Origin: an uncultured Bacteroidales bacterium
GTDB taxonomy: Bacteria; Bacteroidota; Bacteroidia; Bacteroidales; VadinHA17
Assembly: GCA_963813405.1 (NCBI GenBank)
Contig: CAWEYU010000005.1
Coordinates: forward strand, 136,436-200,435
DNA: 64,000 nt
Direction: 5' to 3'
The notes under the pieces are model-generated. The model saw only the letters and a program-made list of their open reading frames with translations. It did no database searches and had not been told where the DNA came from. This document shows positions 9,464 to 19,643 of the stretch, in pieces (position 1 is the first letter of the stretch; the number at the start of each line of letters is the position of its first letter). The position numbers were made by a program, and so were the translations under genes.

Positions 9464-11284
9464 GTGATTGAACTCGGCTTTATGAATGCGATGCCATTTG
9501 TCCTGGGTGCCATTGTGATCTTTGCGCTGGCATACCGATTCTATTTCAGTTTTGTTGCAGCAAGAGTTGCAGTTAAAAATGATCTTGCGGAGACTCCTGC
9601 ACACAGGCTTTATGACGGGCAGAATTATTATCCAATGAATAAATGGGTTCTTTTCGGTCATCATTTTGCTGCAATCGCGGGGGCCGGACCGCTTGTAGGA
9701 CCGGTTCTTGCAGCTCAGTTCGGATTTTTTCCGGGATATCTGTGGATGCTTATTGGTGCTGTTATGGCCGGTGCTGTTCATGACTTTGTAATACTTACAG
9801 CTTCAGTGCAGCACGATGGCAAATCGCTTGCTACAATAGCCCGTATTGAAATCAATAAATTAAGTGGTACAACCACATCGTTTGCTATAATTATTATTGT
9901 TGTTCTTGCATTGGCTGGACTGGGGCTGGTTGTCGTCAACGCACTTGCTGAAAGTTCCTGGGGAACATTCACTATTGCATCCACAATTCCTATTGCAATT
10001 ATCATGGGGCTATGGATGTTCAAAATAAGAAAAGGAAAGATCCTTGAAGGGACGATCTTTGGGGTAATTATGCTTTTTCTGGCGGTAGTTCTTGGCAGGT
10101 ATATTCCCGAATCCTCAATTGCCGGATGGTTCACATTTAACCGTAATACATTGACTATTCTGGTAGCGGCCTATGGATTTATTGCATCGGTCCTTCCTGT
10201 ATGGCTTTTACTTTCACCTCGCGATTATCTGAGTTCGATAATGAAAGTGTCTGTAATAGGGTTACTTGCAATAGGCGTTATAATAGTCGCCCCGGAAATA
10301 AAAATGCCGGCTTTCACCGATTTTGGAAAGGGAGGAGGCCCCATTATTCCGGGCAGGTTGTTTCCATACCTCTTCATAACAATTGCATGTGGTGCCATTT
10401 CAGGATTTCATTCGCTGGTAAGCTCAGGGACAACCCCAAAAATGATAATGAAAGAATCGAATATTAAATTCATTGCCGTGGGTTCAATGCTTACAGAGGG
10501 TATTGTCAGTATTCTGGCCCTTGTTGCTGCATGCAGCCTTCTTCCGCTCGATTATTTCATCATAAATGTACCTGTGGAAAAACTTCAGGATGTTCTTCCA
10601 AGGCTGCATGATATGGGATTCACAGAATCCAATATAGCTGAGCTTTCTGCACAGGTTGGCGAAAAGATTGCAGGAAGAACAGGAGGAGCAGTATCTCTGG
10701 GTGTGGGCATGGCATATATATTTTCCTCAATTCCGGGGATGAAGCATCTTATGTCATACTGGTATCATTTTGCTATAATGTTTGAAGCTCTTTTCATCCT
10801 CACGACCATTGATGCGGGTACAAGGATCGGACGATTTATACTGCAGGACACGTTAGGCAGGATATATAAGCCATTTCAAAAAACCAGCTGGCTGCCGGGG
10901 AATCTTGTTTCAAGCGGACTGATAGTATTTGCCTGGGGGTATTTTATTTATACCGGAACTGTTGCTACAATATGGCCTATGTTCGGTACAGCCAACCAGC
11001 TGCTTGCGACGATAGCCCTGGTCATCGCTACATCATTTATAATAAACAGAGGCAGGGCAAAATATGCATGGGTGACAATAGTACCGATGATATTTATAGG
11101 GATAACCACACTTACAGCAGGATTTCTTAATATGAAAAATATCTACCTCCCCCAGATGCAGAACCGGTCAACAATGTTGCCGGGGCTTATTAACCTGATC
11201 CTTACTCTGAGTATTATAATCTGCCTGATAATTATTCTTTATAATGCTGTTCCGAAGTGGATTAAAGGGGTAAAAAAGGACTAA
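9464..11284 (+). CDS. cstA: Carbon starvation protein A family transporter
   Basis: 606 aa polytopic membrane protein with the CstA-type N-terminus (ALAYRFY...[29 protein letters not shown]). An alternative start at ATG 9482 (MNAMPF...) is possible. Confidence 0.9.
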   Translation: MIELGFMNAMPFVLGAIVIFALAYRFYFSFVAARVAVKNDLAETPAHRLYDGQNYYPMNKWVLFGHHFAAIAGAGPLVGPVLAAQFGFFPGYLWMLIGAVMAGAVHDFVILTASVQHDGKSLATIARIEINKLSGTTTSFAIIIIVVLALAGLGLVVVNALAESSWGTFTIASTIPIAIIMGLWMFKIRKGKILEGTIFGVIMLFLAVVLGRYIPESSIAGWFTFNRNTLTILVAAYGFIASVLPVWLLLSPRDYLSSIMKVSVIGLLAIGVIIVAPEIKMPAFTDFGKGGGPIIPGRLFPYLFITIACGAISGFHSLVSSGTTPKMIMKESNIKFIAVGSMLTEGIVSILALVAACSLLPLDYFIINVPVEKLQDVLPRLHDMGFTESNIAELSAQVGEKIAGRTGGAVSLGVGMAYIFSSIPGMKHLMSYWYHFAIMFEALFILTTIDAGTRIGRFILQDTLGRIYKPFQKTSWLPGNLVSSGLIVFAWGYFIYTGTVATIWPMFGTANQLLATIALVIATSFIINRGRAKYAWVTIVPMIFIGITTLTAGFLNMKNIYLPQMQNRSTMLPGLINLILTLSIIICLIIILYNAVPKWIKGVKKD

Positions 11285-12393
11285 ATCTGTTTCACACATT
11301 CAATCAACGAAAAGGGGGTTATTGTCGGAATAATCCTCCTTACAGCAAAACCTGATTTCTCAAAGATGGATTTGAATTCATCAAGGGTTCTTTCCCTGCC
11401 ATCTTTGGTTATTACGAGCATTAATATGTCGAGCATTTTACCAAATGAATAATTATTGTCATTCTTTAAAATCGTCTCTATTATCAGAAGTCTCGAACCT
11501 GTATTCATCGACTTATTAATAATCTTTAAGATTTTAATACTGTCGGTATCATTCCAGTCATGCAGGATGTGCTTCATGATATAGAGATCTGCCCCCTCCG
11601 GAACACTCTCGAAGAAGTTACCCTCCACAATATTAATTCTCTCTTTTAACCCGTAGGATTCAATATTCGCAGTGGCCCTTTCCACCACGTGTTCAGAGTC
11701 GAATAAGATGGCCTTCAACTTGTCATATTTTGTTAACACATGACAGAGCAAACTTCCATGACCTCCTCCGATATCAATAATATGGCTATAAGTAGAAAAG
11801 TTATATGTAGACAATAAAACTGGTGCAAAAAGCTCAGAAGTGTTGCTCATGCCCCTGATGAATCGTTCATGTTCCTCAGGGGTGTCATGAACATGGGTAA
11901 AAATGTCTTTATTAAATAGCTTTTGAGAGGCATTAATACCCGTTTTCACTGTATAATCCATTTCAGAAAAAAGCTCATAATGAAGTTTTCCAAGATGGCT
12001 CAGCAGGAAATCCTTTACAGAATCCTTGTTTCCCTCAAGCATTACCCTTGACCAGGGAGTAAGACTATAGATCCCTTTTTTGGAGAGTTTGAAGATGTCA
12101 TGGGCACAAAGCATCCTCATTAGTCTGTACAGAGCATCGGGATTGGTCTGAGTACTCGTGGCCAGCTGGTCTATAGTATTTTTACCATCCCTTATGAGTT
12201 CAGCAATATTCAGCTCCAGGGCTGTAACCAGTCCTCTTGAAACCCATAAATTCTCTGCATGGTTTATCATCCAGGCTTGCGGTGGCGTTAACCGTTTTGC
12301 CAGCTTATAAAAAAAGCCCTGCAATCCATTGATAAGATTCATTACAGGTACAGGCGGAATAATATTTTTTTGATCTTTTTTGTTTGGGGTCAT
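11281..12393 (-). CDS. Class I SAM-dependent O-methyltransferase (Methyltransf_2 type with N-terminal dimerisation domain)
   Basis: 370 aa with SAM motif [16 protein letters not shown] and the later [10 protein letters not shown] motif typical of plant/bacterial-type O-methyltransferases. It is convergent with cstA and the stops overlap by 4 nt. Confidence 0.8.
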   Translation of the reverse strand: MTPNKKDQKNIIPPVPVMNLINGLQGFFYKLAKRLTPPQAWMINHAENLWVSRGLVTALELNIAELIRDGKNTIDQLATSTQTNPDALYRLMRMLCAHDIFKLSKKGIYSLTPWSRVMLEGNKDSVKDFLLSHLGKLHYELFSEMDYTVKTGINASQKLFNKDIFTHVHDTPEEHERFIRGMSNTSELFAPVLLSTYNFSTYSHIIDIGGGHGSLLCHVLTKYDKLKAILFDSEHVVERATANIESYGLKERINIVEGNFFESVPEGADLYIMKHILHDWNDTDSIKILKIINKSMNTGSRLLIIETILKNDNNYSFGKMLDILMLVITKDGRERTLDEFKSIFEKSGFAVRRIIPTITPFSLIECVKQI

Positions 12394-12513
12394 ATAAAAG
12401 TGATTGGATCTATCGGTTAATATTGAATAGTCAAATGGCCGATAAATATAATATGACTATCCGGAATAAATAAGATGAAATTAAATTATCTGCAATTTGT
12501 AATGCTTCTCATC

Positions 12514-12620
12514 CATTGTCTGAACTGTGATTTATGTGATTATTATGATTGTCATGATTGGATGGCTTGAATTTATCATGTCTTTCATATTAATCATTCA
12601 AAATCATAATTCAGAAATTG
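12514..12620. repeat. R1 repeat, two copies in inverted orientation forming a ~107-bp imperfect palindrome
   Basis: The right arm 12567..12620 (ttgaatttatcatgtctttcatattaatcattcaaaatcataattcagaaattg) is about 90 percent identical to the copies at 14278 and 14711. The left arm 12514..12558 (cattgtctgaactgtgatttatgtgattattatgattgtcatgat) is its imperfect reverse complement. Confidence 0.8.
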
Positions 12621-12968
12621 TATTCTGCTAATTACTCAATGCTTATGTGACTGACGGAGTAGTGTTTTGATTAGACAAAAGAAAAAGCCAAAATGTGTTT
12701 AATAACTCTGAAAATTATATGATTACTATTTCCTTTATGGGACTTGTAAACGAGTAGGGAGAATTTAGCATCCAGCCTGTTGATTAGCTATCCTAATTAA
12801 ATAATTAAAAAATGGATTATTAAGAACCGTAAGTTATTTGGGAAAAAAGGAGTTACCTTATTTCAGTATGAAAATTTCAATAACAAACTCACATTAAAAG
12901 AAATAAAAAATTAAACTTTGCTTCTTAAAAGACAAAGTACAGGATATCCTTAAACCAATTTGACTTAT

Positions 12969-14201
12969 ATGAAAAATAAGGTATTATTCATTTTCATAGT
13001 TCTTTTTAATTTTGGTTGCATATCAAAGACTGCTCAAAAAGAAAAATCAACCAGAATACAACCAGAAAATGCTTTTTTCTCTATAAGCATACCTGAATCG
13101 ATAAAAAAAGAACGAGAGGTATTACTTTCTGAGATTGCAGATACAATTGAGTATATTCCATTAGAAACCTCTCAAAATTCTTTACTGGGCTCTATCAAGG
13201 ATTTGAAGATGACTAAAGATTACATTTTCATTGAGACATGGAAAGGACCACTTGCTCAATTCAACAGATCGGGAAAGTTTATTCGATATGTTGGTAGTTT
13301 CGGACGGGGGCCAGAAGAATATGTATCGATCCGGGAATTTAGTATTGATGAGGAACAAAAAAAAATTTATATCCACTCAGGTTATAATAGGAGCATCCTT
13401 GTTTATTCATTTAATGGGGATTATTTAAATACTATCAGGTTCCCGGAGGATTTTGGAAATATTGTTTGGAGTAGGGATAGCTTATTAATGTGCTTTCATG
13501 AACCCACAAGAGGTGTCGAGAAATATGTATTTGAAGAAAGAAATAGTAAGGCTGAAATCCTTCAGTCTGTGAAGAACAACTTCTTTTGGCAAAATAGCAG
13601 TAAATATAGCTATATGACAGCCTACACTCAACGAACAGTCTACTATAGATTAAATAATCGTCTTCATTTTAAGGGCTGGTATAATGATACCGTATTTTCG
13701 TATGACAACAATAGCAAAATCGTTCCTAAGTATTTTATTGATCTTGGAAAATTAAGATTGCCCGATGATTTGAGAGTAGAAGTAACCAGTAAGACTCCAA
13801 CATCTACAGAATTTTATTGGGTAAGTGCAAAAGAATCTATAAGGTATATTTTCTTATTCTATTGTACTTATTCATCCTCAGAGAGGAGACCCGGTGCACC
13901 AACAGATTTTGGGTTTATTTATTTTGATAAGAAGAAACAAGAATCAACCCGATGTAAAAGAAATCTATTTTTTAACGATATAGACGGAGGCCCTAATTTT
14001 TATCCTGAATATGTAAATGATTCAATTGCAATTGGGTATGAGACGGCATCCCAACTGATAAAATATTTTGGTACAAATTATCAACCGAATTCAATACCAA
14101 AAAAACAGGAACTAAAACAAATTCTCAAAATGAAATTCAAAGGATTAGATGAAGGTGATAATCCAATAATCACGATTGTTAAATTAAAATCCCGGAACTA
14201 G
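12969..14201 (+). CDS. Lipoprotein, 6-bladed beta-propeller family (BF3164/DUF5128-like)
   Basis: Lipoprotein signal MKNKVLFIFIVLFNFGC. The repetitive beta-strand-rich sequence is typical of the Bacteroidales '6-bladed beta-propeller' paralogue family. The track ORF starts at TTG 12960; ATG 12969 is the more likely start. Confidence 0.6.
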   Translation: MKNKVLFIFIVLFNFGCISKTAQKEKSTRIQPENAFFSISIPESIKKEREVLLSEIADTIEYIPLETSQNSLLGSIKDLKMTKDYIFIETWKGPLAQFNRSGKFIRYVGSFGRGPEEYVSIREFSIDEEQKKIYIHSGYNRSILVYSFNGDYLNTIRFPEDFGNIVWSRDSLLMCFHEPTRGVEKYVFEERNSKAEILQSVKNNFFWQNSSKYSYMTAYTQRTVYYRLNNRLHFKGWYNDTVFSYDNNSKIVPKYFIDLGKLRLPDDLRVEVTSKTPTSTEFYWVSAKESIRYIFLFYCTYSSSERRPGAPTDFGFIYFDKKKQESTRCKRNLFFNDIDGGPNFYPEYVNDSIAIGYETASQLIKYFGTNYQPNSIPKKQELKQILKMKFKGLDEGDNPIITIVKLKSRN

Positions 14202-14277
14202 ATAAGAGATCAGCACATAGACGGTGTGCCGTAATATAATTCTCACGTCATTTGAAAAAGCTTCTGCCCTAAATGCT

Positions 14278-14331
14278 TTGAATTTATCATGTCTCTCATA
14301 TAAATCATTCCAAATCACAGTTCAGACATTG
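14278..14331 (+). repeat. R1 repeat copy B (downstream flank of the GxxExxY gene)
   Basis: ttgaatttatcatgtctctcatataaatcattccaaatcacagttcagacattg has 46/50 matches to copy C. It contains the stop codon and last six codons (KAMSEL*) of the GxxExxY ORF on the opposite strand. Confidence 0.85.
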
Positions 14332-14737
14332 CCTTGAATTTTTTGTTTTCGAGCCGGTGAAATTTCAATCTGACTTCACCGAAATTAATTAATAACCCGA
14401 TTTCAAGGTTGTAAGCTTCAAGGTAATTAATTGCCTGAGCTAAATGAACCGGTTCAATTTGAATAAGCGCTTTAAGTTCAACACTGATTACTTTTTCAAC
14501 CAAAAAATCAGCCCTTCTTGTACCAACCTTATGTTCTTTGTAAAACACCGGCATTTCAAATTCTCTGGAAAAATGCAAGCCTTGCGATTCCATTTCATAT
14601 GCAAGTGACCGCTGATAAATGACTTCCTGAAAACCATTTCCCAAAGCTTTATGCACCTCCATGGCACAACCTATTATTTTCCCGGTAAGTTCGGAATATT
14701 TATATTTCTCATTTATCATGTCCATCATATTAATCAT
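14315..14737 (-). CDS. GxxExxY protein (PD-(D/E)XK nuclease superfamily, PDDEXK_3 type)
   Basis: 140 aa (134 aa if started at ATG 14719). It has the eponymous motif GFQEVIY and downstream D/E-x-K-like residues (RRADFLVEKVISVELK). Size and pattern match the GxxExxY family. Confidence 0.85.
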   Translation of the reverse strand: MINMMDMINEKYKYSELTGKIIGCAMEVHKALGNGFQEVIYQRSLAYEMESQGLHFSREFEMPVFYKEHKVGTRRADFLVEKVISVELKALIQIEPVHLAQAINYLEAYNLEIGLLINFGEVRLKFHRLENKKFKAMSEL

Positions 14738-14760
14738 TCAAAATCACAGTTCAGACATTA
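14711..14760 (+). repeat. R1 repeat copy C (upstream flank of the GxxExxY gene, abutting the nuoN stop)
   Basis: atttatcatgtccatcatattaatcattcaaaatcacagttcagacatta. On the minus strand it encodes the MINMMDMIN N-terminal region of the GxxExxY ORF. It starts 3 nt after the nuoN stop codon. Confidence 0.85.
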
Positions 14761-14763
14761 ACT

Positions 14764-16188
14764 TCAGCCCAGAGCTGCAAAATTGCTGATTATATTTATC
14801 AGCCATGCTGGAAGAATACCAAGAATCAGAATGCCTAAAGCTATGAATACCAGAACGATATAGGTTGTAAGAGAAAATGCATGAAGACTCTCTTTTTCAG
14901 TTGCAGTGAACATGATCTTTACAACTCTCAGGTAATAATACAGACTTATCACACTATTTATTATTAGGCTGAATACAAGAATCCATAAACCTGATTTCAG
15001 ACCGGCGAGGACCAGGTAAAATTTCCCCAGGAACCCGGCGGTAAGTGGTATTCCGGCAAGTGAGAGCAGCGTTAACGTCATCACAATTGCTATCCAGGGA
15101 TTTTTCCAGAATAATCCTTTCAGATCTTCAATATCTTCGGCATCCCGCTCGCAAACAGACAGGATAGAAATTATTCCGAAAGCCCCGAGTGTTGTAATCA
15201 TGTAAGAAGCCAGGTAGAAAACGGCAGCCTGAACAGCTGTGGGAGTTCCGGCAAGAAGCGTGATAAGGAGGTAACCAAGATGAGCTATTGAAGAGTAAGC
15301 AAATAACCTTTTGATATTGGTCTGTTTAAGTGCCAGCAGGTTACCGGCAAACATGGAAAGTACTGCAATTATAGAGATGGCAGCAAACAGGGCATTATTC
15401 TGAAAGCCATGGATACTGACAAAGAATCTTAAAAATATTGCCAGTACTGCACCTTTCGAAATAGTAGCAATAAATGCCGAAATAGGAGCGGGAGCTCCCT
15501 GATAAACATCCGGCGTCCACATATGAAAAGGGACCAGGGCGAGCTTAAAGCCGATACCGACCAGCATCATTCCGATACCAGCAAGGAATAACGGCATTGA
15601 GGCACCTGGTCTTCCAAAAGCTGTTGCGAAATCTTTAAAATTCATAGTTCCTGTAGCTGCATATATTAATGCCATTCCGAATAAAAGAAATGAGGTTGCA
15701 ACAGAGGCAATTACCAGAAATTTAATCCCGGCTTCAATGCAAACCGCACGATTTTTAAGATATGAAACAAGTACATAAAGGGAAATGCTCAGAGTCTCAA
15801 GCCCCAGAAAGAATGAAACAAAATTATTTGCGATAACAAGAACCGAAGCTCCGAAAGTTGCCACAAAAAGAATAATGAAATACTCCTCCCTTTCCCCACC
15901 GTGCTTATTTAAATATATATACGATAAAACAGTTATCAGCAAACCTGTTGAAAAGATCAATCCAAGGAATAGAACACTGTAGCCATCAATAATAAATAGA
16001 GGTTTAATTACAACTGGGGTCTCTTTCATTACAAAAAAGAGTGACATGAATGCCGCAAAAAACATAATCAGAGAAAAGCCATAAACAACCTTATAATCCC
16101 TGGATATGGTAATAGTAAGCATTATGATTATCGGAGCAGTTGCAATGATAACGAAAGGTATTATACTCAATAAATTCAACTCAGCCAT
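14764..16188 (-). CDS. nuoN: NADH-quinone oxidoreductase subunit N
   Basis: 474 aa polytopic antiporter-like subunit, last gene of the nuo operon. Carries the conserved KLALVPFHMWTPDVYQGAP motif. Confidence 0.93.
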   Translation of the reverse strand: MAELNLLSIIPFVIIATAPIIIMLTITISRDYKVVYGFSLIMFFAAFMSLFFVMKETPVVIKPLFIIDGYSVLFLGLIFSTGLLITVLSYIYLNKHGGEREEYFIILFVATFGASVLVIANNFVSFFLGLETLSISLYVLVSYLKNRAVCIEAGIKFLVIASVATSFLLFGMALIYAATGTMNFKDFATAFGRPGASMPLFLAGIGMMLVGIGFKLALVPFHMWTPDVYQGAPAPISAFIATISKGAVLAIFLRFFVSIHGFQNNALFAAISIIAVLSMFAGNLLALKQTNIKRLFAYSSIAHLGYLLITLLAGTPTAVQAAVFYLASYMITTLGAFGIISILSVCERDAEDIEDLKGLFWKNPWIAIVMTLTLLSLAGIPLTAGFLGKFYLVLAGLKSGLWILVFSLIINSVISLYYYLRVVKIMFTATEKESLHAFSLTTYIVLVFIALGILILGILPAWLINIISNFAALG

Positions 16189-16197
16189 AAACCGGGG

Positions 16198-17751
16198 TTA
16201 TTGTTTCTTTGATATGTTCAATACATTAAAACTGACTTCAGTATCTTGATTTTGAATTTTATATGATGGATTTTCGGTTAATGATAATTCCTTAACCTTA
16301 ATCGTTTTTAAAATTGCCGGTTTTGCAGTATTGATTACCGGTTGAGGAAAGAGGCCAAGCCACAGTATTGCGACCACCATTATTCCCATGATAAATGATT
16401 CACGAACCGAGAGATCCTTTAATTTAGCACCTGTTGTATTTGCTCCGAAAAATACTTTTTGAACGATTCTCAAAGAATATATTGTTGCTGCGATCAGACC
16501 TGCGGAGGCTATGCAGGCCACTAATACATTTATTTTAAATGTACCGGTAAGAATCAGAAATTCAGCAACAAAATTCCCCAGCCCGGGCAATCCCAGTGAT
16601 GCCATTGAGAAAACGAGACCCATAGAACCCATAACCGGGATTTGCTCCCACAAACCCCCCATCCTTTTCAGGTCGTGTGTATGAATTCGTTCATATAATT
16701 GTCCGGCAAGGATAAAAAGAGCGCCTGTACTTATTCCATGTGCTATTATCTGAATAACTACACCCTGCCAGGCAATTTCATTGAAAGCAAAAACTCCCAG
16801 TACAATGAAACCCATATGACTGACACTTGTATAGGCAACAAGTCTCTTGAGATCGGTTTGTGCAAACGCAAGTTTTGCTCCATAAAGAATACCTGCAATT
16901 CCTATGATCATTCCAACAGGGGCAAAGGAGCTGGCAGCATGCGGGAATAATGGAACTATAAACCGTATTAATCCATAGGCCCCTGTTTTAAGCATCAGAG
17001 CAGCCAGGATCAGACTACCCGCAGTTGGTGCCTCAGTATGTGCGTCCGGTAACCAGCTATGTAATGGAACAACAGGAAGTTTTACCAGGAAGGCAGCAAG
17101 AAAACCACTCATCAGAAGAATCTCCAGGGAAGGAGTCATCGAAGTTCTGAGAAGGTGCTGATAATCGAAGGTATATGTACCAGTGTTTTTACCATGTATC
17201 AGGTACAATCCAATGATTGCCAGAAACATGAGCAAACCGCTTGCCTGGGTGAAGATGAAAAACTTATATGAGGCATAGATCCTGTTTTCGTGACCCCAGA
17301 TTGCGATAATGAAATACATGGGAATCAGCATTACTTCCCAGAAAAAGTAAAACAGGAACAGATCCATCGCAAGAAATACACCGGTAATTCCGGCCAGTAT
17401 CCAAAGGATGTTAAAGTGAAAAAAAGCTATGTTAGTTTTTATCTCTTTCCACGATATAAGAATTGCCACGATCCCAATAAAAAATGTAAGGAGTAACATT
17501 AGCAGACTAAGTCCGTCAAGAGAAAAATGAAGGTTGATTCCAAACCTGTGGATCCATTCTTTATTATAATCAATCAACCAGGTTTTTTCCGGTAAATTTC
17601 CCCGGGTAAGGAAAATATAAGAAGTGATCAGAAAATCACTTAGTACTGCAATAAGTGAAATAATGCGTGCAATAATGGAATTTGCACGCCCTGCCAGCCA
17701 TGCAAGCACCCCACCTGTCATCAGAATTATGATAAGAATTACCAGTATCAT
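16198..17751 (-). CDS. nuoM: NADH-quinone oxidoreductase subunit M
   Basis: Antiporter-like subunit with PLHSWLPDAHTEAPTAGS. The track ORF extends to 17811, which would overlap nuoL by 64 nt. ATG 17751 (MILVILIIILMTGG...) abuts the nuoL stop and is the preferred start. Confidence 0.9.
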   Translation of the reverse strand: MILVILIIILMTGGVLAWLAGRANSIIARIISLIAVLSDFLITSYIFLTRGNLPEKTWLIDYNKEWIHRFGINLHFSLDGLSLLMLLLTFFIGIVAILISWKEIKTNIAFFHFNILWILAGITGVFLAMDLFLFYFFWEVMLIPMYFIIAIWGHENRIYASYKFFIFTQASGLLMFLAIIGLYLIHGKNTGTYTFDYQHLLRTSMTPSLEILLMSGFLAAFLVKLPVVPLHSWLPDAHTEAPTAGSLILAALMLKTGAYGLIRFIVPLFPHAASSFAPVGMIIGIAGILYGAKLAFAQTDLKRLVAYTSVSHMGFIVLGVFAFNEIAWQGVVIQIIAHGISTGALFILAGQLYERIHTHDLKRMGGLWEQIPVMGSMGLVFSMASLGLPGLGNFVAEFLILTGTFKINVLVACIASAGLIAATIYSLRIVQKVFFGANTTGAKLKDLSVRESFIMGIMVVAILWLGLFPQPVINTAKPAILKTIKVKELSLTENPSYKIQNQDTEVSFNVLNISKKQ

Positions 17752-19622
17752 AGATTCAGCATTATAGTTAAAATCAAAATAATACCAACCGTAATCACCA
17801 TCAGATACCATCTGATTTTTCCGTTTTGAGTCTTGCTCAGCAGGAGATTAAAATAACCGGTACCTGTGGCAATGAATGAATAAAACCTGTCTATGAAATC
17901 CTTTTTGTCTATTTCAGATAACCAGACAACAGGTCTGACCATCAACTTATTGTAAAACCAGTCGAATCCCCAGCCTTTATAAAAAAAGTTACTTAAAGGG
18001 GTATTTACAAAAGAATTACGGAAAAGTGATTTTTTAATAAAAATAAGATAAGCAAGATAAATACCTCCTATCGAAATAATTATTGAAAAGATCTGAAACA
18101 GGAACTCCGGAATATTATTACCATTCAGAACGGTGGCAGGAAGAACTGATTTCATAAGATCTGAAAAGAGATGAACAGGGCCCAGGTTTTCCGGTAATTC
18201 TATAAACCCGCCAACCAGCGATAGAGCAGCAAGTACTATGAGAGGAAATACCATCCGGAAGCCTGGCATTTGAGCGGGTTCAGTATTGGTTTTCCCGAAA
18301 AATGTAATGAAGATCATTCTGAAAGTGTATAGAGAGGTCATAAATGCACCAGCTATACCTGCAAGTGAAAGAAGCTTACTTCCACTTACTGATGACCATG
18401 CAAACCACAATATCTCGTCTTTGCTGTAAAAGCCTGCTGTTATCAACGGCAGTGCTGAAAGTGAAGCGCCACCGATGAGGAAGGTTATGAAAATAACAGG
18501 CATTTTTTTTCTGAGACCACCCATTCTGAAAATATTGTGTTCGTGATGAAGCATTTCAATAACACATCCCGCAGCGAGGAACAGCAAAGCCTTAAAGAAT
18601 GCATGGATCATAAAATGGAATATTGCAGCCGACCAGGCTCCAACACCAAGTGCAAGAAACATATAACCTATCTGACTGATTGTTGAATATGCAAGTATAC
18701 GCTTCAAATCAACCTGGGCCATTGCACTGAATCCGGCATAAAGAAGGGTCAGGGCTCCAATAACAGCTACTATTGTCTGAACTGCCGGAGCAAGCATAAA
18801 AAGGAGATGTGTCCGTGCAATCAGATAGACTCCGGCGGTTACCATAGTCGCAGCATGTATCAGTGCGCTGACAGGAGAGGGACCGGCCATGGCATCGGGT
18901 AGCCATGTATGGAGCGGAAGCTGTGCAGATTTCCCGAGAGCTCCTCCGAGCAAAAGTAAGGCAGATATGTTGGCAAGAGGAGATCCGGAGGGCCAGCTCG
19001 AAGAAACATGCTGCATTAATTCCTCTATTTTCAGGGTTCCAAAATTTACAAACAACAGAAATAGTCCAATGATCATCGCTGTATCACCTATCCGGGTTAC
19101 GATAAATGCTTTTTGAGCGGCAGCGCCATTAACCGGATCTTTGTACCAGAAACCGATCAGCAGATAGCTGCAGAGCCCTACACCTTCCCAACCCAGGTAA
19201 AGAAGCAGTAGATTGTCTGCGAGAACAAGGATAAGCATTGATCCCACAAAGAGATTCATATATGCAAAAAAGCGTGAGAATCCTTCACCATCTTTCATGA
19301 ATTCAGCAGAATAGAGATGTATCAATGCTCCGACAAAAGTTATGACAAAACAAAAAGCAAGTGACAATGAATCAAGTCTGAAGGATATTGAAGCTGTAAG
19401 GTTGCCTGCACTGAACCATGTATAAACCGTTGAGTTTAACACTCCTCCGGGACCGGATGCAAGAAGTTCTGCACCGGCCAGAATAGTTATAAGAGCGGAT
19501 ATGACTACCGAACTTACTCCAATAACTGCACTAGTTCCTTTTGAGATCACTCTTCCGAAGAGCGCCAGTACCAGGAAACTAACCAGAGGTATTAAAGGAA
19601 TAAGCCAGATATAAGAATTCAT
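17748..19622 (-). CDS. nuoL: NADH-quinone oxidoreductase subunit L
   Basis: 624 aa with LHTWLPDAMAGPSPVSALIHAATMVTAG and a long C-terminal extension typical of NuoL. Confidence 0.95.
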   Translation of the reverse strand: MNSYIWLIPLIPLVSFLVLALFGRVISKGTSAVIGVSSVVISALITILAGAELLASGPGGVLNSTVYTWFSAGNLTASISFRLDSLSLAFCFVITFVGALIHLYSAEFMKDGEGFSRFFAYMNLFVGSMLILVLADNLLLLYLGWEGVGLCSYLLIGFWYKDPVNGAAAQKAFIVTRIGDTAMIIGLFLLFVNFGTLKIEELMQHVSSSWPSGSPLANISALLLLGGALGKSAQLPLHTWLPDAMAGPSPVSALIHAATMVTAGVYLIARTHLLFMLAPAVQTIVAVIGALTLLYAGFSAMAQVDLKRILAYSTISQIGYMFLALGVGAWSAAIFHFMIHAFFKALLFLAAGCVIEMLHHEHNIFRMGGLRKKMPVIFITFLIGGASLSALPLITAGFYSKDEILWFAWSSVSGSKLLSLAGIAGAFMTSLYTFRMIFITFFGKTNTEPAQMPGFRMVFPLIVLAALSLVGGFIELPENLGPVHLFSDLMKSVLPATVLNGNNIPEFLFQIFSIIISIGGIYLAYLIFIKKSLFRNSFVNTPLSNFFYKGWGFDWFYNKLMVRPVVWLSEIDKKDFIDRFYSFIATGTGYFNLLLSKTQNGKIRWYLMVITVGIILILTIMLNL

Positions 19623-19643
19623 TTAAGTAAGTTTTCTGATTTT

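Noticed and set aside
12475-12570. A 31-codon Cys-rich small ORF (MKLNYLQFVMLLIHCLNCDLCDYYDCHDWMA) that could be read as a peptide precursor next to the beta-propeller lipoprotein gene.
   Set aside because: It lies entirely within the left arm of the R1 palindrome. Its TGT/GAT periodicity is the 9-nt repeat structure of R1 read in one frame. There is no maturase, radical SAM or transporter gene nearby and no independent support for translation.
12514-14760. R1 repeats as a CRISPR array or integron cassette array.
   Set aside because: There are only four copies, with spacings of about 1.7 kb and 430 bp that enclose full genes rather than 30-40-bp spacers, and no cas genes. There is no integrase or attI. 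The enclosed genes are on opposite strands, and R1 has only a weak internal 6-bp inverted repeat, unlike attC sites.
17752-17811. A 20-codon N-terminal extension of nuoM (MVSDGDYGWYYFDFNYNAES) overlapping nuoL by 64 nt.
   Set aside because: The internal ATG at 17751 gives a typical hydrophobic NuoM N-terminus and abuts the nuoL stop. The extension has no homologous counterpart that I recognise.
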